Below, piece by piece: positions 27,447-39,342 of a stretch of DNA of 64,000 bases (its first letter is position 1; every line of letters starts with the position of its first letter). The notes under the pieces are model-generated. The model saw only the letters and a list, made by a program, of their open reading frames with translations, had not been told where the DNA came from and did no database searches. This stretch comes from Octopus sinensis (lineage: Eukaryota). A program made the translations under genes and the position numbers. The stretch spans positions 53,816,001 to 53,880,000 of the forward strand of contig NC_043005.1 of NCBI RefSeq assembly GCF_006345805.1, read 5' to 3'.

Positions 27447-28187
27447 CGTATGTATGTATGTATGTATACATACAAGTATTTGTGTGTTTATAATATATAG
27501 AGAGAATTTTTTTTCTGGATCCACCTTAAAATTGTATTATATTGTGTTTATTTTTAAGGAAGTTTGAATTGTATTCACTATTGAAGTAAAAATAGAAAAA
27601 CTATGTGTAAACATAGAAATATATAAAAAAAAAGAGGTTTTTTTTATAGACATTATAAATTGATTTAAAGTTCATGATATAAAGAGTTCACTTGAATATA
27701 AGTTTAATGATCTGAATTGTGCTGATTATTGCAAAAATCTGTTTAAAATATTAAATTCAATAACAAATTATGCAAACAAAGACATTTATTCAGTTAGTAT
27801 CTAAACCATATTTAATTCTAAAGCTTTGACTTCCTGAGTTTGCTATTATCTTTTTTGAAATTCATTGATGTTGCTGGGTGTTTCTAATAATTATCCTAGT
27901 GAAGACCCTTAGCTTGTCCTGTGCAAGTGTATCAGGTCCAGCTAGGTAGAATGATTAGTTTCCTTGCCCAAAAGATGCTTCAGATATCAACAAGGAGTGA
28001 ATTTATATTATTTTTAGAAAACACTTGAATATTTTTTATCAGATTCCAGACAACCTATGTGCTGGCTAAAAACATAAAGGAAAGTGCTTCTAATATGTAC
28101 TATACAAGAGATGTAAAGTGGCAAACAGGCAGAATTGAGACTGCATCAGAAAATAGGCTTAGCAGCATCTCTTCTGACTTCAGCAAT

Positions 28188-28285
28188 GGCGGTACATATT
28201 CTAAAATTGAAACGATACAGAGAAGATTAGCATGGCCCCTGCGCAAGGATGACACGCAAATTCGTGAAGCATTCCATATTTTTTT
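28188..28285 (+). ncRNA. U6: U6 snRNA retrocopy (5' end truncated or diverged; likely pseudogene)
   Basis: Contains ACAGAGA and 'GATTAGCATGGCCCCTGCGCAAGGATGACACGCAAATTCGTGAAGC.TTCCATATTTT'. Against canonical U6 from about nt 12 there are 5 substitutions. No snRNA upstream promoter context; sits inside a SINE. Confidence 0.95.
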
Positions 28286-28344
28286 AAGTCCAGCCTATGC
28301 TAGCACAGAAAACGGGCGTTAAATGACAATGATGATGATGATGA
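28286..28344 (+). mobile_element. RTE-LINE 3' tail fused directly to U6
   Basis: 'tccagcctatgctagcacagaaaacgggcgttaaatgacaatgatgatg' matches the tails at 29161-29220 and 19799-19850, and the tail following the RTE ORF remnant at 33170-33560. Confidence 0.85.
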
Positions 28345-29027
28345 GTTCAAATGCGGCCAGGGTCGACTTTGCCTCTTGGGGTCAATAAAATTAGCACCAG
28401 TTGATCACTGGGGTCATTGTAATTGACTTACCCAGACTCCAAAATTGTTGGCTTTCTATCAAAATTTGAAACCAATATGTACTACACTGACTTAATTCCT
28501 GCCATCAAAATGCTGCCAAATGGAGTAATGACCAAATTCCATAAAAATTTGTAACTAGTGCCAAAACCAACATATTCATGTCTAGCATGTTATGTATCAT
28601 TATCATTGACATCATCAACGATGTTGTCGTCATTGTTGTCATCATCCTTCTTTAATATCTTCTTTTCCAGGCTTGCATAGGTCAGACAAAGTTCAGTGAG
28701 GCAGATTTTCTATAGACGAATGCTGTACCTGCCTCCAAATCTTACCTGTTTCAAAGCAAAGTAATATTTTTCCAAGACTAGAAATGGACAAGTCCATTTT
28801 TACAACAGTTGTGCTCTTTTACAACCATTGTGCAATGCTAAAATAAAGAGACACACATGCACATTAAAGTACATACATACACACACAAATATATGTATAT
28901 ACATGACACGCATGCACACACATACACATATATACTAACCTACACATGCGCACACATACACACACACACATATATATATATTGGAATAGAAGTGTTAAGA
29001 CTGGTTCCTCCTATGTTATAAAGTAGT

Positions 29028-29220
29028 TGTGATGGTGCCATGCAAAAGCACCCAGCACACTCTGTAAGGTCGATGGCATCAGGAAGGGCATCCAGCCATA
29101 GAAACCATGCGAAATTAGACTGGTGCAGCTCCCCAGCTTGCCACATCTGGTCAAACCATCTAACCCATGTCAGCATGGACAATGGGTGTTAAATGATGAT
29201 GATGATGATGATGATGATAT
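29028..29220 (+). mobile_element. RTE-tail repeat (family B)
   Basis: 'gatggtgccatgcaaaagcacccagcacactctg...aacccatgtcagcatggacaatgggtgttaaa' followed by (tga)n. Confidence 0.85.
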
Positions 29221-29378
29221 ATATATCTATTTCCTTGTATTCCTTACTGTTGAAGAGTGTAGGCTCGAAACATAAAAAACTTTCTCACCTTCCCAAGCAT
29301 CAAGCAAATACACCTAGTTGTTGTTTATACACCTGTCTTCATCCTTTGTTTTTCTGTAAATTTCAACTAATATATATA

Positions 29379-29427
<49 letters not shown>

Positions 29428-29548
29428 GGAGTAAACACATAAATGTGAAACAAGGTGGAAAAAAGAGTACTCAAATACTAGTGGTAGAGTAATATGCTTT
29501 ATTTAAAGCAGCAGAAAATTCAACAAAACCTGTTACTCTGAGAAAAAA

Positions 29549-29586
29549 CTGTCCGATGAACGGCAACGGGAAACTCAGAGTAACAG
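29549..29586 (+). ncRNA. Type I hammerhead-ribozyme-like motif (Penelope-associated type), variant core
   Basis: Stem I ctgt/acag; core CCGAUGA; stem II a-cg-GCAA-cg-g; GAAA; stem III ACU-cag-AGU; GUA cleavage triplet. Two departures from canonical (U4C, A.G at base of stem II). Confidence 0.6.
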
Positions 29587-29618
29587 GTTTTGTTGAATTT
29601 TCTGCTGCTTTAAATAAA

Positions 29619-29666
<48 letters not shown>

Positions 29667-29747
29667 ATGTATGTATGTATGTATGCATGTATGCATGTAC
29701 GCATGTATGTATGAATGTATATATATATACACACACACACACATATA

Positions 29748-29966
29748 TGAGGTGGGGGTGCTGAAAAGTTCCTGGTTTTGGGTAAAAGAAAATACAGGAT
29801 GATCAATTAATTTTAATTTTATTCATCACATTTTAGTCTCAAATTCACACACTTTATGCGTAGTCGTTCAGCTTTTCTAAGACTTGTAAAAGAACTCTGA
29901 AGGTTGGGCCTCCAACCAGGCCTTTTACAATACCCTTAAAACCAGGAACTTTTCAGCACCTCCTCA
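29748..29966. mobile_element. Mariner-type MITE
   Basis: TIRs TA|tgagg..ggtgctgaaaagttcctggtttt ... aaaaccaggaacttttcagcacctcctca|TA with TA TSD. Confidence 0.9.
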
Positions 29967-29969
29967 TAT

Positions 29970-30345
29970 GCTTGCATGCTAGTGCCTCATAAAAAGCATC
30001 CAGGCCGGTGTAACATATAAAGCACTGTCACATAAAAAGCACCTAGTACACTCTGTAAAGTGGCTGGTATTAGGAAGGACATCCAGCCATAGAACCCATG
30101 CCAATAGAGAAAATTGGAATTTGATGCAGATCTCCAGCATGGAAAACAGACATTAAACAATGATGATGATGAGGTGTGTTTATATTCCCATAACTTAGTG
30201 GTTTGGCATAAGAGATTGATAGAATAAGTACCAGGCTTTACAAAAAAATAAGTAAGCAGGGTTGATTAATTCAACTACAAAATTTTTCATGGAGGAGCCC
30301 CAGCATGGCCACAGTTTAATAGCTGAAACAAGTAAAAGATAAAAT
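29970..30345 (+). mobile_element. RTE-tail repeat (family B) followed by a family C SINE 3' part
   Basis: 'aaaagcacctagtacactctgtaaagtgg...cagcatggaaaacagacattaaacaatgatgat', then 'gtttatattcccataacttagtgg...gaaacaagtaaaaga'. Confidence 0.75.
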
Positions 30346-30887
30346 ATATATGTGTATGTATATTGCTATTTAAGGCCTCGATAGAGGAATTTTTAACTCA
30401 AAATATCAGGTTTAATTAAATATGTCTACAAAAACTAAGAAAACATTTCAAAATATTTGCTAAAGCTATTTTTGATATTTAATGTACCATCTGCAATGTG
30501 AGCATCTTCTATAACAAATTGATTATATATATATATATGTGTGTGTATATATGTGAATGTGTGTGCATGTATGTGTGTACACAAATGTTTTGAGTGTGTA
30601 GATGTGTGCATGCCTACATGTGAATTTATGCGTGTGTATATATATATGTATATGATATTTTAAACAAAATCTTCAGCCAATGTCATCATAAAGCTGCCCA
30701 TGAGATCAATGGCTGAATTCCACAAATATGTGGAACTAGTGCCAAAACCAACATATTCCCATATAAGCATCTCACTCACAGAATGAAATGCTCTATGACC
30801 TATCACAACCTCAATTCATCCTTCTGTAACACTGACCTAATTCCTCCTGTCTAAATATATAATATATATGCATATGTATATACGTGT

Positions 30888-30927
<40 letters not shown>

Positions 30928-31197
30928 GTGTGTGTGTGTGCGTGTGTGTGTGTATCTTGTTCCAGACTAAATATTAATTTTTTTGGCAATTGCTGACCCC
31001 TTTGAAAAGTCAAGTTCTTTCTGATGTACTATTTGCATTAGAAGTGTTATTTTTGTTTCTTTGCCAAAATAATACACACACATACATACTCATATATATT
31101 TACACACACACACAGACACATACATATAGCAAGAGAGATACATACATACATATATACATACAAACATATGCATATATATGTATGTCTATATAGATCC

Positions 31198-31281
<84 letters not shown>

Positions 31282-31811
31282 GACAGACAGATAGATAGAC
31301 AGATAGATAGATGGAAGGCTGTATATATGTGGATGTGTACACACACATATATATACACATATTTGCATATGTGTATTTGCTTTTATGATGTACATGATCA
31401 AAGTTAACAGCAGAAATAAAAGCATCTGTTTTAACTTACTAACAATATCGAATTTGTCTCATGTCATATTAGGGTCATGAGAGTAGCATGAGGTCTTACA
31501 TTAACTTTTGATCCATTAGGATAAATACAGGACTGGGAGTCATAGTGAGAAATTAAGCATAATAGTTCTAATGTAAATGGTTCAGAGCAAAGAACTGGAC
31601 TTTTCAAAGTGGCAAACAATTGTCAGAAAATTAATATTTCAGTTGGAAGAAAATAATATTTTTAGGCAGGAATTAAACCAGTGTTGCTCAAAAATTCAAT
31701 GCCTTAAGGTTATGCTAGATAACAAAACATTTGATTCTGCAAATTTGATGCTTACATAGGCATAAGATGGCTTGAGCACTAACTATATATATTTGTAGGA
31801 TTTAGTTATCG

Positions 31812-32016
31812 AAAGGCAGTGAGCTGGCAGAAACGTTAGCACAACGGGCGAAATGCTTAGCGGTATTTCGTCTGAGTTCAAATTCCGCTGAAGTCGACTT
31901 TGCCTTTCAGCCTTTCAGGGTCGATTAAATAAGTACCAGTTATGCACTGGGATTGATATAATCGACTTAATCTGTTTGTCCTCTCTGTGTTTAGCCCCTT
32001 GTGGGTAGTAAAGAAA
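31812..32016 (+). mobile_element. SINE family A, young copy with 14-bp TSD
   Basis: TSD taggatttagttat at 31796-31809 and 32017-32030. Confidence 0.95.
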
Positions 32017-32861
32017 TAGGATTTAGTTATTGATCCCATTTGATGATATTGGCTGATGTTTTGTTTCTGTTTAGAATATTCCAAAATGACCTGATATGGA
32101 ATTTTAGTTTGTGCTATTGATATTTGATCAGAAATGTATATTAGACGCTATATTAGGTGAATGTATTAAGATCTGTTGTTGGATATCACGTTGGTGTGTC
32201 AAAGTGACGAGGGCTATTTTGTCATCCTTAATGATTACTGATGACTTATGAAGTGACTTACTTTAAAGTAAAGGAACATTGTGCTTTGCTGATTCACTCC
32301 CTAATCTGTGACCATTTTCACTCTAGGGGCAAGACGAGGTCCAAGTTGACTGGCGATGGAGAAAGATCCAGTGGATGTCCATAATGTCTTACTTGTTTTA
32401 TCTTGTTTTCAGCATCTCACAATGCATTGCTGAAGACTCCTTTTCCTTCAGTGAACTATGAAGGTTGCTTCTGCAGAGCCTGCTGGATCCAGTCTTCACA
32501 TACATAGGTTGGCAATCCATATATACTAATTAACCCACAGCTGGGGCTCTAACAGGTGCCTCTACTCTAGGTAAGAGTAGATCTGGGAACAATAATGGCT
32601 AAGCAGTGGTCACACACTCACCAAAATCCCACTACCAGATGCAGTTTAAGTCATACTCAGGAAAAGATGTTGGATATATAAGAGTCAAGGTAGTTTATTT
32701 AAAGCAGATCATACAGTTAGTGGAATAGGAGGATGGAGGTGGTGTTGCTGTTAGTTCAGCCTTCAACAGATTCATGATCATAATTATTCCTGCTGCAGCC
32801 CATCCTGTCTTATTTGCATATCTATAACTACATCATCCAATGTATATCCCTATTGTTTTAA

Positions 32862-33036
32862 TACCAAATGTTGACACAAGGCCAGCAATTTCAGGGTAGT
32901 GGGCTAGTTGTTTACATTGACCCCCCGCAAGGCTTAACTGGTCCTTATTTTATTGACTCCGATAAGATGAAAGGCAAAGTTGACCTTGGCAGGATTTGAA
33001 CTCTGATTGTTAACAATTCTGCTAGCTCATCACCTT
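32862..33036 (-). mobile_element. SINE family A copy
   Basis: Reverse family A: 'gatgaaaggcaaagttgacc...ggatttgaactc...ttctgctagctcatcacct'. Confidence 0.8.
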
Positions 33037-33169
33037 ACAATATAATAGGTGAAATTAGGGAAAGATTTAGTTGCTACTCCTAGCAGTGCGGGTGACTATA
33101 GTAATTGGTAAAACAAACCATTGTTGTACTAAGGTAGAAATGAAATAGTTGAATCAATATCATCCTTAT

Positions 33170-33560
33170 TTTTACATCCACTTTTCTATGCTTGCATGTA
33201 TTATATGGACCTTTTCAATTGTTACCTTACTTTATCTTGTTTGCGTGATTCAGAATCCTGAGACCCTTGATTGTGTGGTTGCAATATCCTAAGAACAAAT
33301 TTCACCACTTCTATCCATGTCTCCCTCAGTCTTCCTGTTCTACTGTTTCCTTCCAAATGGATTTCCTGGCACTTCTTTTACCCAACTCTCATCATCCACA
33401 TGCATTATATGTCCATATTAATACAGTCGTCTCTCTTACACTCCAGATCTGATTTCTTTTATATCTAGTTTTTCTCTCAGCTTTCTTGCACCTCATCTTC
33501 CTTATACACTAACATTACACATCCAGCAGACCATACTTGCTTCATTTCTTTCTAACCTTC
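33170..33560 (-). mobile_element. RTE-clade LINE 3' fragment (decayed)
   Basis: Minus strand RLERNEASMVCWMCNVSV...LREKLDIKEI...ERRL..YGHIMHVDDESWVK, followed by the family B tail. Confidence 0.85.
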
Positions 33561-34477
33561 ATATAACGTATTGTGTTGAAATCCACTGAGAGACATTTCG
33601 TTGTGTTTCTGAGCAGAACAATTAATTCTACATTGCTTCAGCTCACCTAGCTGTCAAGAATAGTCACTAGATTATATACGAATGTTATCTGCAATGAACT
33701 AGCTTCTTATCTAACAGGGAGATTAATAATCTCTTATCTACTTTATGCTATAGCAACAGATATAAGTACTATCTGTTGAAAGCCTCCTCTGGGCTTAAGA
33801 AGTTTATAGATAACAGGCAATGGATGCAGCATAAATTGAGTGGTTAAGAAGTTCACTTCACAATCACAAGGTCCTAGGTTCATTCCTGTAGCTTGGCATC
33901 TTGAGTAAATGTCTTTTAACACTGGCTTGGGTCAAGCAAAGCCTTCCGAGTGAAATTGGGTTAATGGAAACAGTGTGGATGTATGACAGATGGGTTGTGC
34001 CCCAGTATGCTGCGGTATGACAGGTTGTGCCCCAGATTTGTCCAAGGGGTTAGATGCTGCTAAATTGGCCTCAAGTGCTGGATACTGAAAATGACAAAAG
34101 CTGGAAGAAGGTCTTTGATTGTAGTCATGCTTGAATGAAGGAGCTAATGTGGATCTAAATTGTGGGTCTAATTCTTCGTAAAAGGCATATAAGTGTATGT
34201 GAATTATTCAGCATATATAAAGGCATATAAGTGTATGTGGTGTATTCAGCCACTTGCGTACAACAATAAGAGGAGGTAATTCAGCTGATTGAGTAACTGA
34301 GTACTCGTTCATGACTGCATTTCTACACAACAGGATAAGAAATAGGATTTCTAGCATTTGCTGTTGTTCATATTGTTGTTTAGCCACAGGTCAGAACTGA
34401 TCAAGTAAACCAATGATCAAAGGCCCTCCTGCTGTGATTAGCCTACACACACACACACGCACGCACACATGCATGTG

Positions 34478-34699
34478 TGTGTGTTTTACCATTTATTTGT
34501 TTCAGTCACTGGACTGTGGCCATGCTGGAGCACCACCTTAAAAGGTTTTAGTTGAACAAATCAGCCCTAGTACTCATTTTTGAAAGCCTCTTTTGCTAAG
34601 TTACAGGGATGTAAACAAATCAACATTGGTTTTCAAATGGTGGAGGGCAGACAGAAACACAAAAACACACACACACAAACACACTCGCACACACACACA

Positions 34700-34760
<61 letters not shown>

Positions 34761-34915
34761 AGGGATTTCTCTCAATTTCCATCAATCAAATCCACTCACA
34801 AGGCTTTAATCAGACTAAGGCTATAGTAGAAGACATTTGCCCGAAGTATCCCTCAGTGAAAGTGAACCCAAAAGTATGATGTTGAGGACCAAGCTTCTTA
34901 CCACACAACCATGCC
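34478..34915 (-). mobile_element. SINE family C copy with internal microsatellite
   Basis: Reverse of the 25853 family: 'ttgtttcagtcact...ggccatgctggagcacc...cttcttaccacacaaccatgcct'. Confidence 0.8.
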
Positions 34916-34994
34916 TATGCCTATAAAGAATGTTTACAACACCTACCAGTCACCCATCTAGATTTGGCATAGCTTAACTCTGGTGATCAAACAA

Positions 34995-35255
34995 GAACCA
35001 TTGGTCATAATGCGTTTCCAAATCTTTCTATATTGTGTTGTTCTTTTTCATCTTGGCCCAAATTTTTTAATTAAATCATCTTCCCATCATCATGGAGGCC
35101 TTCTGATAGGCCTTTCCTGATCTCTTGGATACCACTCAGCAACTGCATTGGTTCCCCTGGTGTCTGTGAACTTTGTGACGTGTCTGACTCAGCAGAAGTT
35201 GTGCTTATAATATTCTATGATCATGTTGTTAGCTCTTCTCCATTCTCTTTGACAA
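34995..35255 (-). mobile_element. RTE-type LINE 3' fragment (decayed)
   Basis: Minus strand EWYPRDQERPIRRPP**WEDDLIKKFG...RKIWKR, the typical W.PR..KR..GRP..RW.D C-terminus. Confidence 0.7.
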
Positions 35256-35607
35256 AATTTGTAAATAAGAATATTAAAACAAATATGAATTTTATTAATT
35301 TAAAAGCATCAATTCCAAATTTAAGAGAAAACTTATTTACTTATTTGGCAACTGACAAGAATTGTTAGCAAGAGAATGATAATCCAACAATTAGATTAGG
35401 AGATTTAATAATGATGACAGCTAATGAAATGATTAAGTTAATCCTTTGTTAAGTCTTTTAAATCCAACTGACTGTCACTTAACTTAACTGTATGTCGATG
35501 ATAAATAAATTCAAATTCATCTTTGCCCCATGGATAAGGCACTAATCAACAATAGTTAAATTTCTCAGGGCATCAATTAAATTTATCTGTACAATGTTTT
35601 GTTACAG

Positions 35608-35719
35608 GAAGAATGAATGTCCATATTTACTTAGCAGTGACCTCTGAGACTTTCTTACTGGCCGAGTGTGGCAGAGGAGACTGTCAGTACTCAGGACTTT
35701 TGTAGAATCTCTGTGGCAG
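35608..35719 (+). pseudogene. Exon-like segment D, 112 nt, one in-frame TGA
   Basis: Acceptor tttgttacag|, consensus donor cag|gtgagt; KNECPYLLSSDL*DFLTGRVWQRRLSVLRTFVESLWQ. Confidence 0.35.
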
Positions 35720-35749
35720 GTGAGTTTAATACTGTTAATGTTCCATTTA

Positions 35750-36150
35750 CATTGTTGTAGTTAACACCTGCAAGGAAAAACATGAGCAGAGAGAAGATTG
35801 AAGGAGGCAAATATTCTGGGCAGAGGTGACTGAGCATAATAGTGAATGCAGAGCCAAGGAAGTTGGACTCAACAATGTCAATGAATAAGGGGGTGACATA
35901 TGGGTCAGAGGTAGCTCAGTGGAGGAGACAGAGAACCAGACAGCTTTGAGGAACAGAAGCTAATAAAGTAGTAATAAAAAGACAGACAGTAAGCTTGTAT
36001 GCCAGATGCCAAAGCAGATCCACTGGGGATTGAACAGCAACCAATAGGGTAGACCTTCTCTGGATGTGGTCCAAGTAGTCAGTGTGTATAGCTTTAGCAC
36101 TGTCTCAGATGTGAGAGCAATACTCCACAGAAGGTTTCACTTGACTCCAT
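35750..36150 (-). mobile_element. CR1/L2/Jockey-group LINE 3' fragment
   Basis: Minus strand SQVKPSVEYCSHI*DSA...LDHIQRRS...LFYYY...CSS, resembling the RP.LEYCSHIW/LD.VQRRA RT C-terminal motifs. Confidence 0.75.
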
Positions 36151-36239
36151 TTTGGGGTTAACATAATTTTCCAATGGAATTAGCATGACACAGCTTGATA
36201 AGGCCAGGCTAGACTTTTTTTTATATTACAAGTACAATA

Positions 36240-36456
36240 AAGGTGACAAGCTGGCTGGCAAAATTGTTAGCATACCTGCAAAATGCTTAGCAGCATTTCA
36301 ATTGTCTTTACATTCTGAGTTCAAATTCCACCGAGGTTGACTTTGCCTTTCATCCTTTTCAGAGTTGGTAAAACAAGTACCAGTTGAGCACAGTGGTTGA
36401 TGTAATCAACTCACTCCTTCCCTCGAAAATTCTAGCCTTGTGCCAAAATGTAAAAA
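36240..36456 (+). mobile_element. SINE family A copy
   Basis: Family A consensus. Confidence 0.85.
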
Positions 36457-37199
36457 CAAATTTCAAGTACATCCATCCAACAGTTTTCCACACAATTTCC
36501 ATCTACCCTATTTCACACACAAGCTTTGGGTTATTCAGAGGCTAAGTTAAAAAAATCCACTTGCCCTAGATGCTATATCAAATCTGCAGCTTTGCGATTG
36601 CGAATTAAAGTTCTTAACCATTTCTTTATGCACCATTGAAGCAAATGAAATGCTGTTGAGCTGGCAGTGCCATCTTACATGCATGGACACGCTGGTCAGT
36701 TACCAGGGTGGCGGGTAGGTCTCACAGGAATAGGGACCTGATATATATAAGCTATAGCATGCTGTCAATAAATAAATACTATAGGACATGGTACATTGAT
36801 TTATCCAGGGGCCTACAATGCTGCTAAATTGGCCTCAAGCGCTGGATACAGAAAATGACAGGAATGACAAAAGTAGGAAGGTCTTTGCTTGTAGGCATGC
36901 TTGAGCAAGGGAGCTAATGTGGATCCAAAAGCGACGACAAGTTTCTTCATCTGTACAGTGTCTGTTCATACTCATAGCTAGATGGGTAAAATGATGGTGA
37001 GCTGGTGTCAGAAGGTAAATGGTTAACCTCCCACTCTCTTGTCTACTTTTCTATTCAGTGCAATATCAGTTGTCTCTTAAATCATATTCATTGTTACTGA
37101 AGAGTGGTAAATGGAGGGTAGACAGTCTGCAATGGCAACATGGGGATGAATGATGGCAGTAAAGAAGAAATCAATATCAGGAACAGTAATGACCAGCTT

Positions 37200-37845
37200 T
37201 AATAAAGATGACGTTAATGATGATGTTGATGATCGTAGTGATGACAATGATGATGATGATGGTGATGATGATGATGATGATGGCAATGAGGATGAGGATG
37301 ATGACAACAATGGGAATGACGATAATATTAATAGGGATGATGGGAATATTGATGATGTTGGTGAGGATGAGGATGACGATGATGCTGATTATGATATGAC
37401 GATGCTTATGATGATGATACAAACAACCACAAAAACGATGACGATAATTATGATTGTAAAGACTTTTCAGAAAGATGACATGACTGCTTCTTCTTCTTCT
37501 GATGCTGCTGCTGCTGATGATGATGATGGTGATGATGATGCTCATGACGACGACTTGGTCCCCAACAACAACAACGACAAGGAAGTAGATGATCGTGATG
37601 GTGATGATGATCATAATGTTGATGGTGACTATGACAGATGTCAATAATGATGATAATGATGATGATAACGATCATGATTATAATGATGATTATAATGACG
37701 ATAATGCTGAGGATAATGATGATGATGGTGAAGCCGATAATCGTGAGTGCCATCACGATGGCAATGATGACAATGGTCATGATGATCATGATAGTGGTGA
37801 TGATGTTGTTGATGTTGATGTTGATGATGATGATGATGATAAGTT
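37200..37845. repeat. Long degenerate (GAT/GAC/AAT)n low-complexity tract
   Basis: Read directly; open in several frames on both strands. Confidence 0.9.
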
Positions 37846-38159
37846 TTGTTTTTGTTATTTCTTCATGTCATTCCTATCTGCATGAGACATGAATGTTTTC
37901 CACATCGCCAATTTCCTCATTCCTCATTTCATGCAGCATTGTGTACTTCGTGCCACTGAATTCACTTCTGTTACTTGTCATTTGTCGAAAAAATAATGGC
38001 AGGCACAATGTTTTTTTTCTTTTTGTAACGTGTGTGTGTATGCATGTACGTATGTATGTATTTATATGTATTTATGTATATAAATCTCGCACGTAATATT
38101 TCTTTTCATTTTTTTATTGCTAGATATGATATATGATATTTTTGTTGCTTTTTTGTTTA

Positions 38160-38193
<34 letters not shown>

Positions 38194-39342
38194 CATGTGT
38201 ATGTGTGTCTATATACGTATGAAAGTGTGTCAGCTTATATATATTTGTGTGAACACATGTGTAGATATATATATATATATATATATATGTAAGTATGTAT
38301 GTATGTATGTATGTATACATGTGTTTGCAATCAAGCATATCTATGAATATGTCTATAGATATAGGTATGTAGTATGTACACATATGTGAGTATGTGTGTG
38401 AGTATACATACATATATATACATGCATTCATATATGTGTGTGTGTGTGTGTGTGTGTGCGTGCACGTGCGCATGCCAAACTGTCTTTATGCCCACTCAGG
38501 GAATCCTGCCTCTCTAAAGACGCTGTGCAGCATGTAATCATAAAACACGCTAAACATTAAAATTCAACATCCCTCTCATAACTCACTTGGAAGTTCAAGG
38601 ACAAATTACTCACATACTCTCTTATAACATAGATCATTGTTGATTACACACTATACTTTTACAGAACACAGTAATCTAAATAGCAGATGGTTCACCTAAG
38701 AAAATTCTTAGTTTTATAAAATGTTCTCTTAACTTAATTCTTGTCTCTTTGTGTATAACTTCCAAGTCTCCAAATGTCTCAACGCCCCAATTTTCAGCTT
38801 GAGCGTAACACAAACAACCTTGGTATGAAACAGCACAGAGTTCCCTATATCTCCAATATGCTCTTGTGCAAGAGCAGAGATACAGAGATAAATTTATATA
38901 TAGATTTATTTATATATACAGAGAGAGGGAGAGAGTATAAAAGAGAATAAATTATCCTCGTGGATAACGTTATATTAAGCAAAGAATTGCCAGTCAATTA
39001 AATTATTTAGATATAGGAACAAAATAAATACTACTCGCCCTAGTAAACTAATTTGGGTACCAAAAGACAGGAACAAAGTATATTTGATTGGGAAATAATT
39101 AGTAAGGCAAAACCTTATAGTAGATGATAGTAGATGTGACTTTTGTATGGAAGAAATGTATCAAATTTTTACTTCTAAATTTACTCTTATATAAACATGA
39201 CAGGAACAGGCTGTAAGATGCCCACACTTGAGAAAATATATTGTTAAATAATTTAAGTAAATACAATTCACCATCTATAGTAATTATGCTAGTTATAATA
39301 ATGATTATCATAATTAGTTATAATAAAACAAATGATAATAAT

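Larger units (their letters stand above)
28114..28475 (+). mobile_element. SINE family A copy interrupted by the U6-RTE insertion
   Basis: Head 'aaagtggcaaacaggcagaa...gcttagcagcatct' (28114-28187) resumes as 'gagttcaaat...gtcgactttgcc...ctggggtc' at about 28342. Confidence 0.75.

Noticed and set aside
28059-28322. 87-aa ORF across U6
   Set aside because: Chance frame through a SINE head, U6 and the RTE tail.
31577-31759. Protein-like 60-aa ORF (SKELDFSKWQTIVRKLIFQLEENN...)
   Set aside because: Could be an exon, but the splice sites are weak and I recognise no family; not enough to call.
34942-34990. 5S rRNA-like words on the minus strand (gatcacc..agttaagc...gatgggtgac)
   Set aside because: Too short and gapped to support a 5S or SINE3 call by eye.
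35608-35719. Selenoprotein reading of the in-frame TGA
   Set aside because: No CxxU/UxxC or known selenoprotein context, and no SECIS identified.
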